From a virus (Duplodnaviria; Caudoviricetes), in the IMG/VR virus record IMGVR_UViG_3300048917_000233, positions 3,368-67,367 of that record: a stretch of 64,000 nt of DNA; one strand, given 5' to 3'. The position numbers were made by a program, and so were the translations under genes. How positions within the stretch are numbered: position 1 is the stretch's first letter; every line of letters starts with the position of its first letter. The notes beneath the pieces are model-generated. The model saw only the letters and a list, made by a program, of their open reading frames with translations. It was not told the origin of the DNA and ran no database searches. Of the stretch, positions 16,101-26,537 are shown in pieces.

Positions 16101-18797
16101 CAATGACTTCACGTATTCATAAGCCTTCTCCATTCTTGTCTTGAAACTCTCAGGAGACTCAGCGCCATCCGGCATGTATTTGCCCTCAAACCATTCTTTC
16201 TCTTTGAATGTTCCCTCTGGTTTACCTTCGTCGCTTCCAATGTTAGCTGTATTCAGTAATTCATTCCGCTCAATAGGCACTTCTTTACCGGTTATTCTTT
16301 TTGCTTCTTTAGCTGCTTCTTCAGCAGTTTGAAGCCCACGCTCTACCTCACTCGTTATTATTTTACTCTTATTATTTTCTGCTATGTATTGACCCAATTG
16401 TTTAGCCTCTTTCATCCCATCTTCGGTTAATGGAGATGGGCCTATCCCGTTTTCTTTACCGGCAGCGGTTTTTGCATCTTCTCCATGCTCACTCACCTCT
16501 ACATGGCCTACCTGCTCTGCATTAACCTTCCCCGCGCCCGCTTCCCCCGGCATAATAACCGAAACGTTCTTTGTAGATTTTACTTCTCTTGGCTGCTCTC
16601 TTGGGGCAATAGTTCTTACTTCAGGACGTTGTATTTCTCCTGGCTGAATCACTGATATTTTTGATTCTGCAACTTCAGGCGCAGGGAACAAATCCTTAGC
16701 ATAATCCACTACCGTTTCACCGTAATTATCCTTAACCGCTTGCTCATCTAATGGGTTAGCCAATGGCTTCCAATTTTCATCTCTATTTTGGGCCTGCTGC
16801 GCGATGGTCTGCCAGAATTTTATTGGATCTTTTTTGACTTCGGGGCCATATGTATCTGGCAGAATACCTTCGTCAACAAGTTCATGAGCAAAGTCAATAG
16901 CTTCCTTCTCTTTATCCTTACTTAATCCAGATACGAGTTTTTCTTGCTTAACCGTTTCTTTGGATAAGGCTAAATTTTCATCAACTAATTTATCAATCTG
17001 TTCTTTTATTGGCCCTTGTAATGATTTATGTGTTGCTTCTTTGCGCTGCTCTAATTCGGTTATTTTATCAATATTATCCTGAATCTTAAATCTGGCTTCT
17101 TCGGTTACATTAGGTGGGATTTGTGCATCTTTCTCTTTATATTCTTTTATCTCATTAAATGCCTGATTAGCCGCATCCTGCGTTATCTCACCAGTAGCAA
17201 CTTTTTCTTGCAAGGTTGAATTAATAGCTTCTTCAGGAACATTTTTAGTAAGCCCATTGAGAATAGTCTTATAGTTTATTTTGCTAAGACCACGGCCAAG
17301 TTTTAACGCAGCACCAATGCCTCCCGCCATGATAGCGTTACCATAAAAGGCATCAGCAGCACCGGCATCCCAATCTCTTTTGATACCCGCAGCTTGAGCT
17401 AACTTATTCTTCGCTATTTCTCCAGCAGCACCTAAGCCGCCCTGAGCCGCCGCATCAAGCGCAATTTTCCCAAATTCAACCCCGTTATTTTTAAGGAACT
17501 GCCCAACTGCTTTTTGATACCCCAAGTTGAATGTTGCTCCATTGATGGGTATTTCTGCAATCTTAGCTCCAATTAACCCCTGAGCAGCGCCTACCACAGT
17601 CCCTATTTCTTGGGCATTCTCGGCTTGGTTCCTGGCTTCATTCAAAGCCTCAAATTCCGGCCTTCCCTGATCCCGCAGTTCATTATATACCTGTTTGAAG
17701 GTTGCCCTATACTGGGCCTTTCTGTTTTCGTATGCCAAAAGTGAAGCAGCGGCTGCTGTTCCTAACTCCGGGTTACCAATAAACGTGCCCCCAACAGTTC
17801 CGGCAACTCCGGCCACTATTGGCGTTATTGGCATTTCAGCAATAGTATTTAGCGCCTCATTTAATTTACCTCTTGGTACTTTTATCGGCTGATCAACATC
17901 TGGATTATTTCGCTCATTCTCCAGCTCCATGATAACAGCAGCATCATTAGAGGTGTTCTTTAGAAAATCATGTTCCTCATCAGCTTTAAATTTATTCTTA
18001 ACCCCCTCTATGATAGAACCAACCATCCCCATAGGCTGAACTACGGCCTTAGTCTCCGGATCGTATACATATGTGCCTTTCTTTATGCCTTTCGCAACTT
18101 CATTAATTTTCTCTATTCTCTTATGGGCATTGGGGTCTGGATCGTTGGCCAGCTCATTGAATTTATCTACTTGATATGCACTTTCGGCCACCTCCTTGTC
18201 ATTCAAATCCTTTATGAATTTTCTTGACAGCTTAGGAGTAAGTATTGTACCTGTCTTAAAATCAGTTAATTCATCGCTTGTCACAGGAAGATTATACAAT
18301 CTTTCTTTTTCTCTTTGCAGAGCCTTTTGTTCGTCTTGCGGAGAAAGAATTATTCCTTTTTGTTTATACTCATTCCTAAGTGATTCTACAGTATAATTAT
18401 CCCTTCTGCTTTCTCTCAATTTCTTTTCATACTGAGCGTCGTTGCCAACTAAGGCTGTATTGACTTTTTCATGAGCTACTTTAGCCCTCCCCTGCTGTCT
18501 CTGTAGCTCATATGTTTTTTCGTCTGGGATATATTTAACTTCACCCTGTGAGATGTTTATTTTTTCATTTGGCGCAGATGGCACGACTACTGGCTCTCTT
18601 GGTATCGACCTAAAAGTAGGATCTAATAATTGAAATGCTGGCTGCTCTTGTTTAGGCTGTTGGGATGCACGTAATTTAGCCTCTAACCCTAATGGGTCAG
18701 CTTTTGATTTTAGTTGCGCCAATTTCTTTTCTAGCCCTAATGGATCAGGATCACCAGGCCCACCTATTTGGTCATATGTCGCTAATTCTTCTGCCAT
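13116..18797 (-). CDS. large internal virion/ejection protein containing a histidine phosphatase-like domain
   Basis: 1893 aa, helical, Gly/Ala membrane-like segments; EHG...LTEDG...SEVERGLQTA...GAES...R...VSHSKVMR block at about 16040-16510. Confidence 0.75.
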   Translation of the reverse strand: MAEELATYDQIGGPGDPDPLGLEKKLAQLKSKADPLGLEAKLRASQQPKQEQPAFQLLDPTFRSIPREPVVVPSAPNEKINISQGEVKYIPDEKTYELQRQQGRAKVAHEKVNTALVGNDAQYEKKLRESRRDNYTVESLRNEYKQKGIILSPQDEQKALQREKERLYNLPVTSDELTDFKTGTILTPKLSRKFIKDLNDKEVAESAYQVDKFNELANDPDPNAHKRIEKINEVAKGIKKGTYVYDPETKAVVQPMGMVGSIIEGVKNKFKADEEHDFLKNTSNDAAVIMELENERNNPDVDQPIKVPRGKLNEALNTIAEMPITPIVAGVAGTVGGTFIGNPELGTAAAASLLAYENRKAQYRATFKQVYNELRDQGRPEFEALNEARNQAENAQEIGTVVGAAQGLIGAKIAEIPINGATFNLGYQKAVGQFLKNNGVEFGKIALDAAAQGGLGAAGEIAKNKLAQAAGIKRDWDAGAADAFYGNAIMAGGIGAALKLGRGLSKINYKTILNGLTKNVPEEAINSTLQEKVATGEITQDAANQAFNEIKEYKEKDAQIPPNVTEEARFKIQDNIDKITELEQRKEATHKSLQGPIKEQIDKLVDENLALSKETVKQEKLVSGLSKDKEKEAIDFAHELVDEGILPDTYGPEVKKDPIKFWQTIAQQAQNRDENWKPLANPLDEQAVKDNYGETVVDYAKDLFPAPEVAESKISVIQPGEIQRPEVRTIAPREQPREVKSTKNVSVIMPGEAGAGKVNAEQVGHVEVSEHGEDAKTAAGKENGIGPSPLTEDGMKEAKQLGQYIAENNKSKIITSEVERGLQTAEEAAKEAKRITGKEVPIERNELLNTANIGSDEGKPEGTFKEKEWFEGKYMPDGAESPESFKTRMEKAYEYVKSLPEDTHVVSHSKVMRALDALSKTGGKWTDETTKDFITNKELSHAVPVESTNEMDVRQQTTDGEGMGAGNIQPESTPREEVGGELKEEGKNTGKEGVADLKIDEVYELPFIEEPGDKKTGIKNIISKATRFERKLPPVEVGKLGTDQEVLLEGKSLVDNSVINPIDIVNRILDTKEGMQPDEAKAMLYYMHQLAQHDTNLRERLANATADTEKAELNEQLQQLSDEIDAATQANIISGKAWSDVGNIRQIVTDNGFNASRDLATIKDAYGGKIPKDVQAKLDRALKERDEALNKLAKLQAEEKNKAAEDTVKKQGAPKNTKKTSTDFKAERSQIKKDILDKLKKGRTGESGLTAVPLPFAKELISITPEIFKLIKSYAEEGVQKTEEVINRLHDVLKDELDGITKADIVNLLAGKYKEQEGLISPIAQRLRDFRTEANLWTKIAEATKMEEDTPQKKQEKNKKLQDLRGRLNNIREKNKEAIVAAKDILTTDVQKEIKKLQQRRKGLESRYKNKKYLLPAEKKQTPFSEEILKEKQRIVNANYKIRIEKRRAFESQKNMYQKALMWVGRGVRLSVLSGYNVLGKLAAAATIGGAAKRIPEQMIGAIYGHAFKGVAEKAPIEGFVNAGAEAKFYKEFFNPKKFVKNSWEILKSGESPLSKKFSPGTYEHIPGLYLPTDLHQVIKDPLKRGVYEASLKNALVWAERNGLDINDDLVLQSLETAAYKRAQYEIFQEQNWLSKRFGEWKHDMEASGNIGATYKFLADFMIPVSTVPTNIARRMVSTSPFGLIKGGVDVINAYRKGIESLAPEEADSVMRQLKQGTLGTALWLIGWYGYSQFGGLYSKFNPNKQRDQGDLISDEMSVGGKMIPKPVQHALPLEIIQFAATARRVYDNYRENKHASTPESIEKAGLASVGALTEQIPVVETIAHTIGAFNNPYEAKKLEEDVKRRFEPQILKETGIIGKEKGGSGGGAGATGSVGGHKTTKHKTSHSTHKTR

Positions 18798-20297
18798 TTA
18801 TTTTATTATTCCTGCGTCAAGATATTGTTTTATTTTATCCTCAGAATACATCTTTTTTAACTGTTCATGAGTGTACGTTTTGCCATCTATATTATACTTC
18901 CTAGACTCGGGGGATGCCTGTTTATTGTCCTTTAATGATTTGCCATATGCTCCGGCCCCCATTATATCTTTCTTCCATCTTTCCTTAAATTCAGATTCCA
19001 ATATAGGCTTACTTATATCCATAAGCACTTTGGCTCTATTATTTTTATCTTTTACTATTTCTTCTGTTCTATTGTTTTTATCATCATATGAGTGCTCAAA
19101 GTATATTGGAGTTACTTTTGTTTTATCAGGAGATAATCTGAAATCGTCTGGATACATCATATGTCCTTTGCCATCCGGAATACCAAATAATTTCTTCATC
19201 CCTGGGGTCGCATTTATTTGATACTGATAAAATGGTTTGCCTACTGCTGGCTCGTATTTCACTTTATTATTTAATGCGTCTTTTATTACATTACCATACA
19301 GCTCATCTATTTTGTCATTTTGCTCTGATTCTCCCTTATTTTTAATACTTTCTCTTAGGCGAATTTCATCTTCTGCATATTTATGACGCAATGCGGCTGT
19401 GGCTGTGGCTAATCCAAGCTTATCATCTCCTTTTTCATATTCAATGCTCTTAATATCATGATCTAATATTGTTTTAGCCATGAACGCTTCCTTCGGAGAA
19501 TCTATTTCATTACCATAATACCTCTTATACACATCATTTAATTGCTGATATTGGATAGGGTCATGCTGCAATTCTTTGAACATTTTATTCGCCTCTACTC
19601 TCCAGCTCTTATCAGTATCGTAAATGTCAGATGCCTTTTGCCCAAAAATCATTTTATTTTGATCGCTATATTGATGCATAATCGGTGTTTGAGTTTGAAA
19701 ATTCCCAACATTCATCGGGTTACCGGGTATTTTATCTGGCTTTATCTCCCCAATTACATATTTTGAAAATTCTTCCCTCTCTTTAGTACCTATAGGTTTA
19801 GGCGGAACGACAATAGAATTAATATCCAAAGGTTTTCTGTCCGCATTACCTATTGGCAAAGCATCGTGCTGTATATCATCTATAATATTAGGATCGTCAA
19901 ATACATATGAAAAATCTTTATTGAATTTTAGCTTACCTACTTCTTCTGCATTTTTCTGTGCTCCCTTACTCTCATTGGCTAATGCCAATTGATCCTGGTA
20001 ACCATTCATGTATTTAGTATAAGCAGCTCCCTTGTCAAGTTTAGGATTAAGTATGGCGGCCTTATTTTGAATATAATGTTCTTGCCAATCCTTGTTCTTT
20101 TGCAATAAAGTTGGCACATCCTGAGAGCGCATTCCGGTGCTAGTAACATTCTTGTTTAAATCCTTAAAATAACTCTCTAAGGCATCATTCTTTGCATCCT
20201 CCTTGGCCTTCTGGCGTTCATAGAACGCTAGATACGGCTTTTGGTCAAAGACTACAGCCCCTACCTGATATGGATTTATATTGTAATTAACCGCCAT
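18798..20297 (-). CDS. internal virion/ejection protein
   Basis: 499-aa hydrophilic helical protein between pilot-like and giant genes. Confidence 0.6.
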   Translation of the reverse strand: MAVNYNINPYQVGAVVFDQKPYLAFYERQKAKEDAKNDALESYFKDLNKNVTSTGMRSQDVPTLLQKNKDWQEHYIQNKAAILNPKLDKGAAYTKYMNGYQDQLALANESKGAQKNAEEVGKLKFNKDFSYVFDDPNIIDDIQHDALPIGNADRKPLDINSIVVPPKPIGTKEREEFSKYVIGEIKPDKIPGNPMNVGNFQTQTPIMHQYSDQNKMIFGQKASDIYDTDKSWRVEANKMFKELQHDPIQYQQLNDVYKRYYGNEIDSPKEAFMAKTILDHDIKSIEYEKGDDKLGLATATAALRHKYAEDEIRLRESIKNKGESEQNDKIDELYGNVIKDALNNKVKYEPAVGKPFYQYQINATPGMKKLFGIPDGKGHMMYPDDFRLSPDKTKVTPIYFEHSYDDKNNRTEEIVKDKNNRAKVLMDISKPILESEFKERWKKDIMGAGAYGKSLKDNKQASPESRKYNIDGKTYTHEQLKKMYSEDKIKQYLDAGIIK

Positions 20298-20949
20298 ATT
20301 TAGCTAATGGTACTTTATATGTTGAAGACTTCGGATTTCCATATTCATATTTACTATAATCTGGTAGCGTATCTGAAGACTTAGTTTCAGATAATGATTT
20401 GCCCATTAAATATGACTGCCCGGCCCCATAAATATTCTGTAACCCAGCATTAGTCATTTGATTATTAGCCTGCGCTTTCATAGCTAATAAATTATATTGC
20501 TTTTCATAAGGCATCATTTTATTGATATTAAATGCTTGCCTTTCCTCTGCACCCATTGCCTGCGATGCAGAACCTAACTGTGAAAATTTTTGGTTCTGAT
20601 CTTGCTCTGCTGCCGCTAAAGCCTTTAACTGCGCGTCATTCTGCCCCTGAATCAACCCAGATATTCCGCCTAATGCGCTTCTTCTTCCTTGTAATCCGGC
20701 AATCCCCTGAGCTGTGCCCCTAGCAATATTTTGTGCTTGCATTTTATACAGATTGCTTTGTTGCGGAGATTGCTGGTATCTATTTAATGCCTGATTGTAA
20801 TAATCAGAAATACTTTTAGCCGGGGTATAGGTAGGCGTTTGCAACCCTTCCAATTGCTTTCGTGCCTTTCGTGCGCCGATTAATCCAACCCCAGTTTGGA
20901 TTAATCCACCCAAAGCCTGCGCACCTGATAATATATCCATTGGCCCCAT
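20287..20949 (-). CDS. DNA pilot/ejection protein
   Basis: Gly/Ala/Gln-rich with N-terminal amphipathic GGLIQTGVGLIG segment; follows nozzle gene. Confidence 0.65.
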   Translation of the reverse strand: MGPMDILSGAQALGGLIQTGVGLIGARKARKQLEGLQTPTYTPAKSISDYYNQALNRYQQSPQQSNLYKMQAQNIARGTAQGIAGLQGRRSALGGISGLIQGQNDAQLKALAAAEQDQNQKFSQLGSASQAMGAEERQAFNINKMMPYEKQYNLLAMKAQANNQMTNAGLQNIYGAGQSYLMGKSLSETKSSDTLPDYSKYEYGNPKSSTYKVPLAKYGG

Positions 20950-20960
20950 ATGTATACAAT

Positions 20961-23900
20961 TTATCTATTTGTAAAAGGAGAATCTATAAAATATAGATTC
21001 ACCGCCGTTAAAGTTGATAAGCTATTAGGATTTGTAGCTCTAAATTTTATTACAATTATATTCCCCTTCAAATAATCCCCCAACAAGCCTGATTGGGAAT
21101 TAATATCCCCCCAAAAAGCTGCGGAATACGTAGATTCTATATCAGCAAAATCCCCTGACACTAAATTACTTTGCTGTACAGTTGTGCCATAACTATAATA
21201 ATTTGTATATATACCCGGGCAATCCCAAATAGAGTTTGCGATTTCTGTTATACTTGCCCAGCTTTTCTTTTCTATTAACCCCGCATTAAATGATCTGGTT
21301 ATAAATGAATCATATGAAACGCCATAGAATTTATTCATAGCCCCAGCGCCCGCTTGATCGTGTACGTACATTTTACCATTCACCCAGCTATACAAACTAT
21401 TTTCAGCACATATGATACACTCTGGTGGATAAGAATAAGGACTTGTAAAACTATTCCTAGTTTCATCAAATGCCATAGTTTGTCCAGAAATTGGATTACC
21501 GAAAAGCGTACCCGGCTGCAACACACATAAATATTCTCCTACATTATCTTTTCTAATATTAAACGTACCTGTTATCCTAGAGATTCCACCATATGTATAA
21601 CTATAATCTTTTAAATATTTTGATATATTTTGAGTACTCCATGTCATCGTTTTATACGTCTCAGATAAATCAGTGATGCCATCTCTACTCAATCTGCATT
21701 GTTTCCCCTTTACCGGGTCTGCAAAATAATATACAAATCCACTTTGTACTACCGAATCAGGCTGATTGCCAACACCGAAATCTCCGGCGTAATACTGAAC
21801 ATTATTTTCAGTTATTATGTCTGTTGATGTAATAAGCTGCTGATTACCGGATGTATCTGTTATGAATTTTTTATAAACCCCGGTTTGGCCGCACTTACGT
21901 TCTTGAAAGAAAGTAAGTACTTTATCCCAAAACATCATCCTTTTTATAGCCCCATACTCTCTAACTAATTCATCGGAGTTTTGATCATAGAATCTACATG
22001 TTTGATTGATATTCGTATCCCTCTGGAAAGCCAAACTCCATCTATGCATTACAGGATACGTTACTTGATTTGCGTTTTCATTATATGCAAATGCTCTCCC
22101 GTTAGAATTTACAGAGCTAGGGAAGTAATCTGAGAAATTGGGATCAATACATCTTTGGGCGATAACATGATCTACCGTAAGCGTAAGATTTGTCGCCAAG
22201 AACGTACATTGCCTATCGCTATTATTATTTATACATTCAAACAATAGGAATATATGGTCATTAGCCAATGTAACAGAATCGGTTATACTCCCATCTGGAT
22301 TAGTGAACAAGGTGAGTGGGAATGTATATGTACCGGCATTTGAGGCATCAAACACCACAAGAGTAGATGAATCCCCGAATCTATTTTGAACCCGAAGCCG
22401 CCACGAATCCCCAGATCTGGCTGATGGGAATGTCACAGAAAAAGAGCCACCTATTTTAAATGTAGTTTCTAATAGGGCAGACTGAAACCACCTATTATCT
22501 GTAGTCGGGTTAAATGCATTGCCTACACCGGCATAAGCCACACTTTGTGGTGTTACATTCGCATCTGTAAATGTGGAGCTTATAAAATTCAATGGGACAA
22601 GAAATCTGAACCCATTCGCATTCGTAGTGGGAATATTCCATGTATAAACATTCCCGGTCTGAATTGCTCTAAGCCTAACATAATCATCTCCTTTATAGAA
22701 CTCAAATGTAGCGGGTTGGCTTAAATAAATTTGATCTTGAAGCTCCCCCTGGTGAACTCTATTGGATAAAGTCGGATTGAATATTGCGTATTTTTCACCA
22801 TACTCATAATATACATTCAGGTTATTTGCTACAGCCTGAGCTGGGGTATACAATTCAATAAAATAATTATCAAACCCTGTTGATCCAAAATCAAATGCTC
22901 CATCCGTAGCCGGAAGGATTATTTTAATAAATTGGCCTGATTTAGTATCCCCGTTAATATTCGGGCCTATTATAGACCCTATTATCTCAAAGTCTTTGGT
23001 AGACCCATACAAGTTAGCGGTTGTCCCATCTGGGTTATCTCGCTTAAAAAATCTTATTCTATCCCCCGTAGTAAAAGAATATCCCAATGGGCTTCCTGGA
23101 TTATTTATACCAAATTGTCTTAATGATTCAATACTTATATAGGCATATTTTACGAGTCCTGATACAGCAGTAACGTCCTTAAACGTTCTATCTGATACCC
23201 ATTGCACAAAGCTAGATTTACTTAAATTATTTGTTCTTACCCATTGATAATAATAAGCCCAGTCAGGTGGCTGATGATAAATACTTGCATTAAACTTAGT
23301 TATATCCCCAGTCGGGTTGCTCTCCGTATATGAATTAGATTGAACAGAAAATCCATTAGTATATACCACTCCATTAGTTCTACCTTTCGTATCAAAGTAA
23401 ACTAATCCAAACGCATATTTGCTGTTCCAATCATATGCATTAAATGAAGTATTTAGCGCCGAATTAACGCTACTTGAACCATTTGTAATAATTGATCTCA
23501 GTAGACCTACCCCCACTTTGAATATATACAGATCATTAGAAGATGAGCTTATGATTGTAAACCCATCCGCTATTGCGCTCACTCTTAACCCTTCAATTAC
23601 TGCCGCTGAATCATCCCCGGATAAAACCGTATACGATATATTGGTAGCATCATCAAAATAAACAGTATATACATCTCCTATTATCATTATGCCTCTAACT
23701 GCAACATGAATATCATTTGATGTAATCCCATTTATATTTGAAGCTAAAAGACCATAATAAATGCCATAATAATACGGCACCGAGCTATTTGATATTGAAC
23801 TCGTATTAGTCCCATCACCGAAGTTTGTCAAATTAGCATACCCCTCCGTAATATTCCCATAATCCAATACACTTCCGTTCAGAACTATCTGCGCTCCAGC

Positions 23901-24854
23901 TTTTATCGGAACCAAATCAAATAATTGAATACTTTCCTTTATATCAATATTTGTATATGCTCTGTCATTATAGAAAAGGAATGTAGCTATATCGTTATCA
24001 GGTATACCTTCAACTGATTTATCCAATGAGGCAACCAAATACCAATCGCTCATCGTAACCCCTAACGAATTAGATACTAAAATCTCTATCTTCTTTACAT
24101 TAGACGGCCCCGTCTTATAAACAACAGCTATCCTGCAATTCTTTGTCGGATCTGTGTCTATGGATTGATCGAACGCGTTCAATGGCAGCGGCATTTCGCT
24201 TTGAGAACTTGTAACCGATTTATCTTGGTCATCGAAGACCCATCTTATTTTAAACCTGAATAATTTTTTCCTTACATTATTTATGGTATTTGCAGGGTCA
24301 TTCTCATAAGCTACATAAGGAGGCGTATCTGATGGCTGCTTTGCCACATCCAAATACTGAGGGATTATAGTTCCATACCCACTCGCAAGTGCCCTATCAA
24401 TATTTATTTTCTTAGGCACCCCAAAACTATTTAGGTAATATAAAATATTACCCTGTACGGCATCGCCATAAATCATATTTACATGAATGATAGGATTGGC
24501 TGCCGTAAACTCCAATGATCCTACGGAAGCATTAACCCCCTCCTCTGCTATTCTATAGAATATTTGAGCGACTGTATCAAACATGTATATCGCCTTCTTA
24601 TTATCTGGGCGATAATTAAAGAAGAATATTCTTTTTTTAACAGAATCATAAAATCTTCCTATACATAAATTAGCCCCATCGTTTACAAGAAAAGGATTCA
24701 CTAACTCCCGAGTTCCAGGAGTATTTTCTGCTCTTAAATTAGGCAAAGTCCCCTTGAATACTACATTAAGTGCATCCTTATGATGAACGGATGGAATTAC
24801 CTCATCAGGATCATCATAATTTAAAATACCCGCAAATGGGAATGCCTGAACCAT
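20961..24854 (-). CDS. tail nozzle/stabilisation protein (P22 gp10/crAss muzzle-like)
   Basis: 1297 aa, beta-propeller-like termini (GGISRITGTF, MAFDETRNSFTSPYSY, SWVNGKMYVHD); position after ring genes. Confidence 0.75.
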   Translation of the reverse strand: MVQAFPFAGILNYDDPDEVIPSVHHKDALNVVFKGTLPNLRAENTPGTRELVNPFLVNDGANLCIGRFYDSVKKRIFFFNYRPDNKKAIYMFDTVAQIFYRIAEEGVNASVGSLEFTAANPIIHVNMIYGDAVQGNILYYLNSFGVPKKINIDRALASGYGTIIPQYLDVAKQPSDTPPYVAYENDPANTINNVRKKLFRFKIRWVFDDQDKSVTSSQSEMPLPLNAFDQSIDTDPTKNCRIAVVYKTGPSNVKKIEILVSNSLGVTMSDWYLVASLDKSVEGIPDNDIATFLFYNDRAYTNIDIKESIQLFDLVPIKAGAQIVLNGSVLDYGNITEGYANLTNFGDGTNTSSISNSSVPYYYGIYYGLLASNINGITSNDIHVAVRGIMIIGDVYTVYFDDATNISYTVLSGDDSAAVIEGLRVSAIADGFTIISSSSNDLYIFKVGVGLLRSIITNGSSSVNSALNTSFNAYDWNSKYAFGLVYFDTKGRTNGVVYTNGFSVQSNSYTESNPTGDITKFNASIYHQPPDWAYYYQWVRTNNLSKSSFVQWVSDRTFKDVTAVSGLVKYAYISIESLRQFGINNPGSPLGYSFTTGDRIRFFKRDNPDGTTANLYGSTKDFEIIGSIIGPNINGDTKSGQFIKIILPATDGAFDFGSTGFDNYFIELYTPAQAVANNLNVYYEYGEKYAIFNPTLSNRVHQGELQDQIYLSQPATFEFYKGDDYVRLRAIQTGNVYTWNIPTTNANGFRFLVPLNFISSTFTDANVTPQSVAYAGVGNAFNPTTDNRWFQSALLETTFKIGGSFSVTFPSARSGDSWRLRVQNRFGDSSTLVVFDASNAGTYTFPLTLFTNPDGSITDSVTLANDHIFLLFECINNNSDRQCTFLATNLTLTVDHVIAQRCIDPNFSDYFPSSVNSNGRAFAYNENANQVTYPVMHRWSLAFQRDTNINQTCRFYDQNSDELVREYGAIKRMMFWDKVLTFFQERKCGQTGVYKKFITDTSGNQQLITSTDIITENNVQYYAGDFGVGNQPDSVVQSGFVYYFADPVKGKQCRLSRDGITDLSETYKTMTWSTQNISKYLKDYSYTYGGISRITGTFNIRKDNVGEYLCVLQPGTLFGNPISGQTMAFDETRNSFTSPYSYPPECIICAENSLYSWVNGKMYVHDQAGAGAMNKFYGVSYDSFITRSFNAGLIEKKSWASITEIANSIWDCPGIYTNYYSYGTTVQQSNLVSGDFADIESTYSAAFWGDINSQSGLLGDYLKGNIIVIKFRATNPNSLSTLTAVNLYFIDSPFTNR

Positions 24855-24859
24855 TAAAT

Positions 24860-25627
24860 TTATATTTTAACCGTTAGACGACAATTTGTTTGTGCCCATT
24901 CGTACGCCTCTTGCAGATTGAATGGCCTATATCTACCCCAAGCTAACCTACGTTGATTATAAAATTCATGCTTCCTGTCTCTCTTATCCCCTGAATTGCC
25001 CCGCCTGCTTGATGGGATGGATCTTATATCCATCCACGCCAGTCCGGCCTTAAATGCCGCCTTGAATTGAATGGGTACATAATACTGCTGATCCTGTTGC
25101 GGAGAAGCAACATACTCTAGCATTATATAATCGTAAGAAAACGTTTCCCCTAGTAAGATAACACCAGCAGTCTTATCTATCTTAAAACTTCCAACAAATG
25201 GAGCGCCACTAGGCATCCCGTATAATGTAGTAAAGCTATTACCTGTCCAGAAATTATACCATATAGGTGTATTGAATAGAAAAAAATTGAATAAGGTATT
25301 ATCTTGTGTTTTCTGCAACCTGTCAGGGCTAAATGCAGCGTAACTAGTTAACTTATCATTGTATATTAAAGGGATTATCTCTCCAACATCATTCAACACC
25401 CCGACTTTTGAATACATCAAACAATCAGACGGCAATGTAACTGTGAAGTTCGGGTTAACCGGCAGCTTAACCGATCTTATTTGATAGAAAAAATCCAAAC
25501 CCATTTCTGTCATCAAATCAAACGAACATTGCCACAATTTAAAAAACTTGTGATTAGATTGCTCTGATTCACTTATATATGAATTTATGCAATCATCAAT
25601 AGGTATCCACGATTGGTGTTGACTCAT
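24860..25627 (-). CDS. tail ring/tubular protein
   Basis: VKLPVNPNFTVTLPSDCLMYSKV segment; position before nozzle. Confidence 0.7.
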   Translation of the reverse strand: MSQHQSWIPIDDCINSYISESEQSNHKFFKLWQCSFDLMTEMGLDFFYQIRSVKLPVNPNFTVTLPSDCLMYSKVGVLNDVGEIIPLIYNDKLTSYAAFSPDRLQKTQDNTLFNFFLFNTPIWYNFWTGNSFTTLYGMPSGAPFVGSFKIDKTAGVILLGETFSYDYIMLEYVASPQQDQQYYVPIQFKAAFKAGLAWMDIRSIPSSRRGNSGDKRDRKHEFYNQRRLAWGRYRPFNLQEAYEWAQTNCRLTVKI

Positions 25628-25628
25628 G

Positions 25629-25895
25629 TTAATTTAATTTAGCTATCAGCCACGACTGTTCTATTAAAAAATGCACCTCGCCATTTATAATAAATTCATC
25701 TCCGCATCCTTTAACCCTAAATGCCACATCCCCTGGCTTAAATTGCATGGGCGTTTTGATTGTGCCATTGCCTACAGCAATCACTTCCATTTTATTACTA
25801 ACCTCTCTATGTGCTTCTGAAACATAAATACCCCCAGCGGATAACTCGTCTGATGGGAATGGCTTTACAAGTACTTTGTTTTTTATAGGGGTCAT
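25629..25895 (-). CDS. groES: co-chaperonin GroES-like protein
   Basis: PIKNKVLVKP...SAGGIYV...EVIAVGNG...FKPGDV...LIEQSWLIA matches the GroES pattern. Confidence 0.85.
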   Translation of the reverse strand: MTPIKNKVLVKPFPSDELSAGGIYVSEAHREVSNKMEVIAVGNGTIKTPMQFKPGDVAFRVKGCGDEFIINGEVHFLIEQSWLIAKLN

Positions 25896-26537
25896 TTATA
25901 TTTGTTTTAAATTTTCTTCTTGCCCATCATTAACTGAATCTTGTGGATTCATTCTTTCTTTCATGCACTGGGTAAATATATGATCCCGAATCATCGGTAT
26001 ATAATCTGGCGGCACATTCAACTCAGAATTTAAGTTTGTCACATCACCGCCACTAATCACTTTCACTGTTGCTGTATATTGGCTAAGTATTAAGGGGGTT
26101 TTAGCTCTCACAACCTTCCCTTCCGGCAGATACATTATTTTATTTATAATTGGTGGCATGCTATCAAAATACCCCCATTGATTGATGCTTAAAGGTATTG
26201 CAGGTAAAGATGTAAATCCATCTGCCTTAAATCTCAACTCCGCTATGCCCATATTTGCGCTTATACCTACCGGTATTTCTGGCAGCGTAAACATCCAACA
26301 TAAATTATCAGTTGAGTCTTGTGTTATAGCGATCCCAGAATAGGTAGTATAAAACCCGTTATTGACATACCCAACGCCGTCTAATTGAATGGCTGATTTA
26401 TAGGCGGCCTGAGCGGCCAACGCTATTCCTTCTTGAAGATATAAATTGCATAAATTATATGTAATCTCAGAATCGTCAGTTGGTTTACCGCCGTAAATCT
26501 GCATTAAAACCGATTCTATTAATGCACCTCGTATCAT
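25896..26537 (-). CDS. tail ring/adaptor protein
   Basis: C-terminal ELNVPPDYIPMI adaptor-like segment; position. Confidence 0.6.
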   Translation of the reverse strand: MIRGALIESVLMQIYGGKPTDDSEITYNLCNLYLQEGIALAAQAAYKSAIQLDGVGYVNNGFYTTYSGIAITQDSTDNLCWMFTLPEIPVGISANMGIAELRFKADGFTSLPAIPLSINQWGYFDSMPPIINKIMYLPEGKVVRAKTPLILSQYTATVKVISGGDVTNLNSELNVPPDYIPMIRDHIFTQCMKERMNPQDSVNDGQEENLKQI

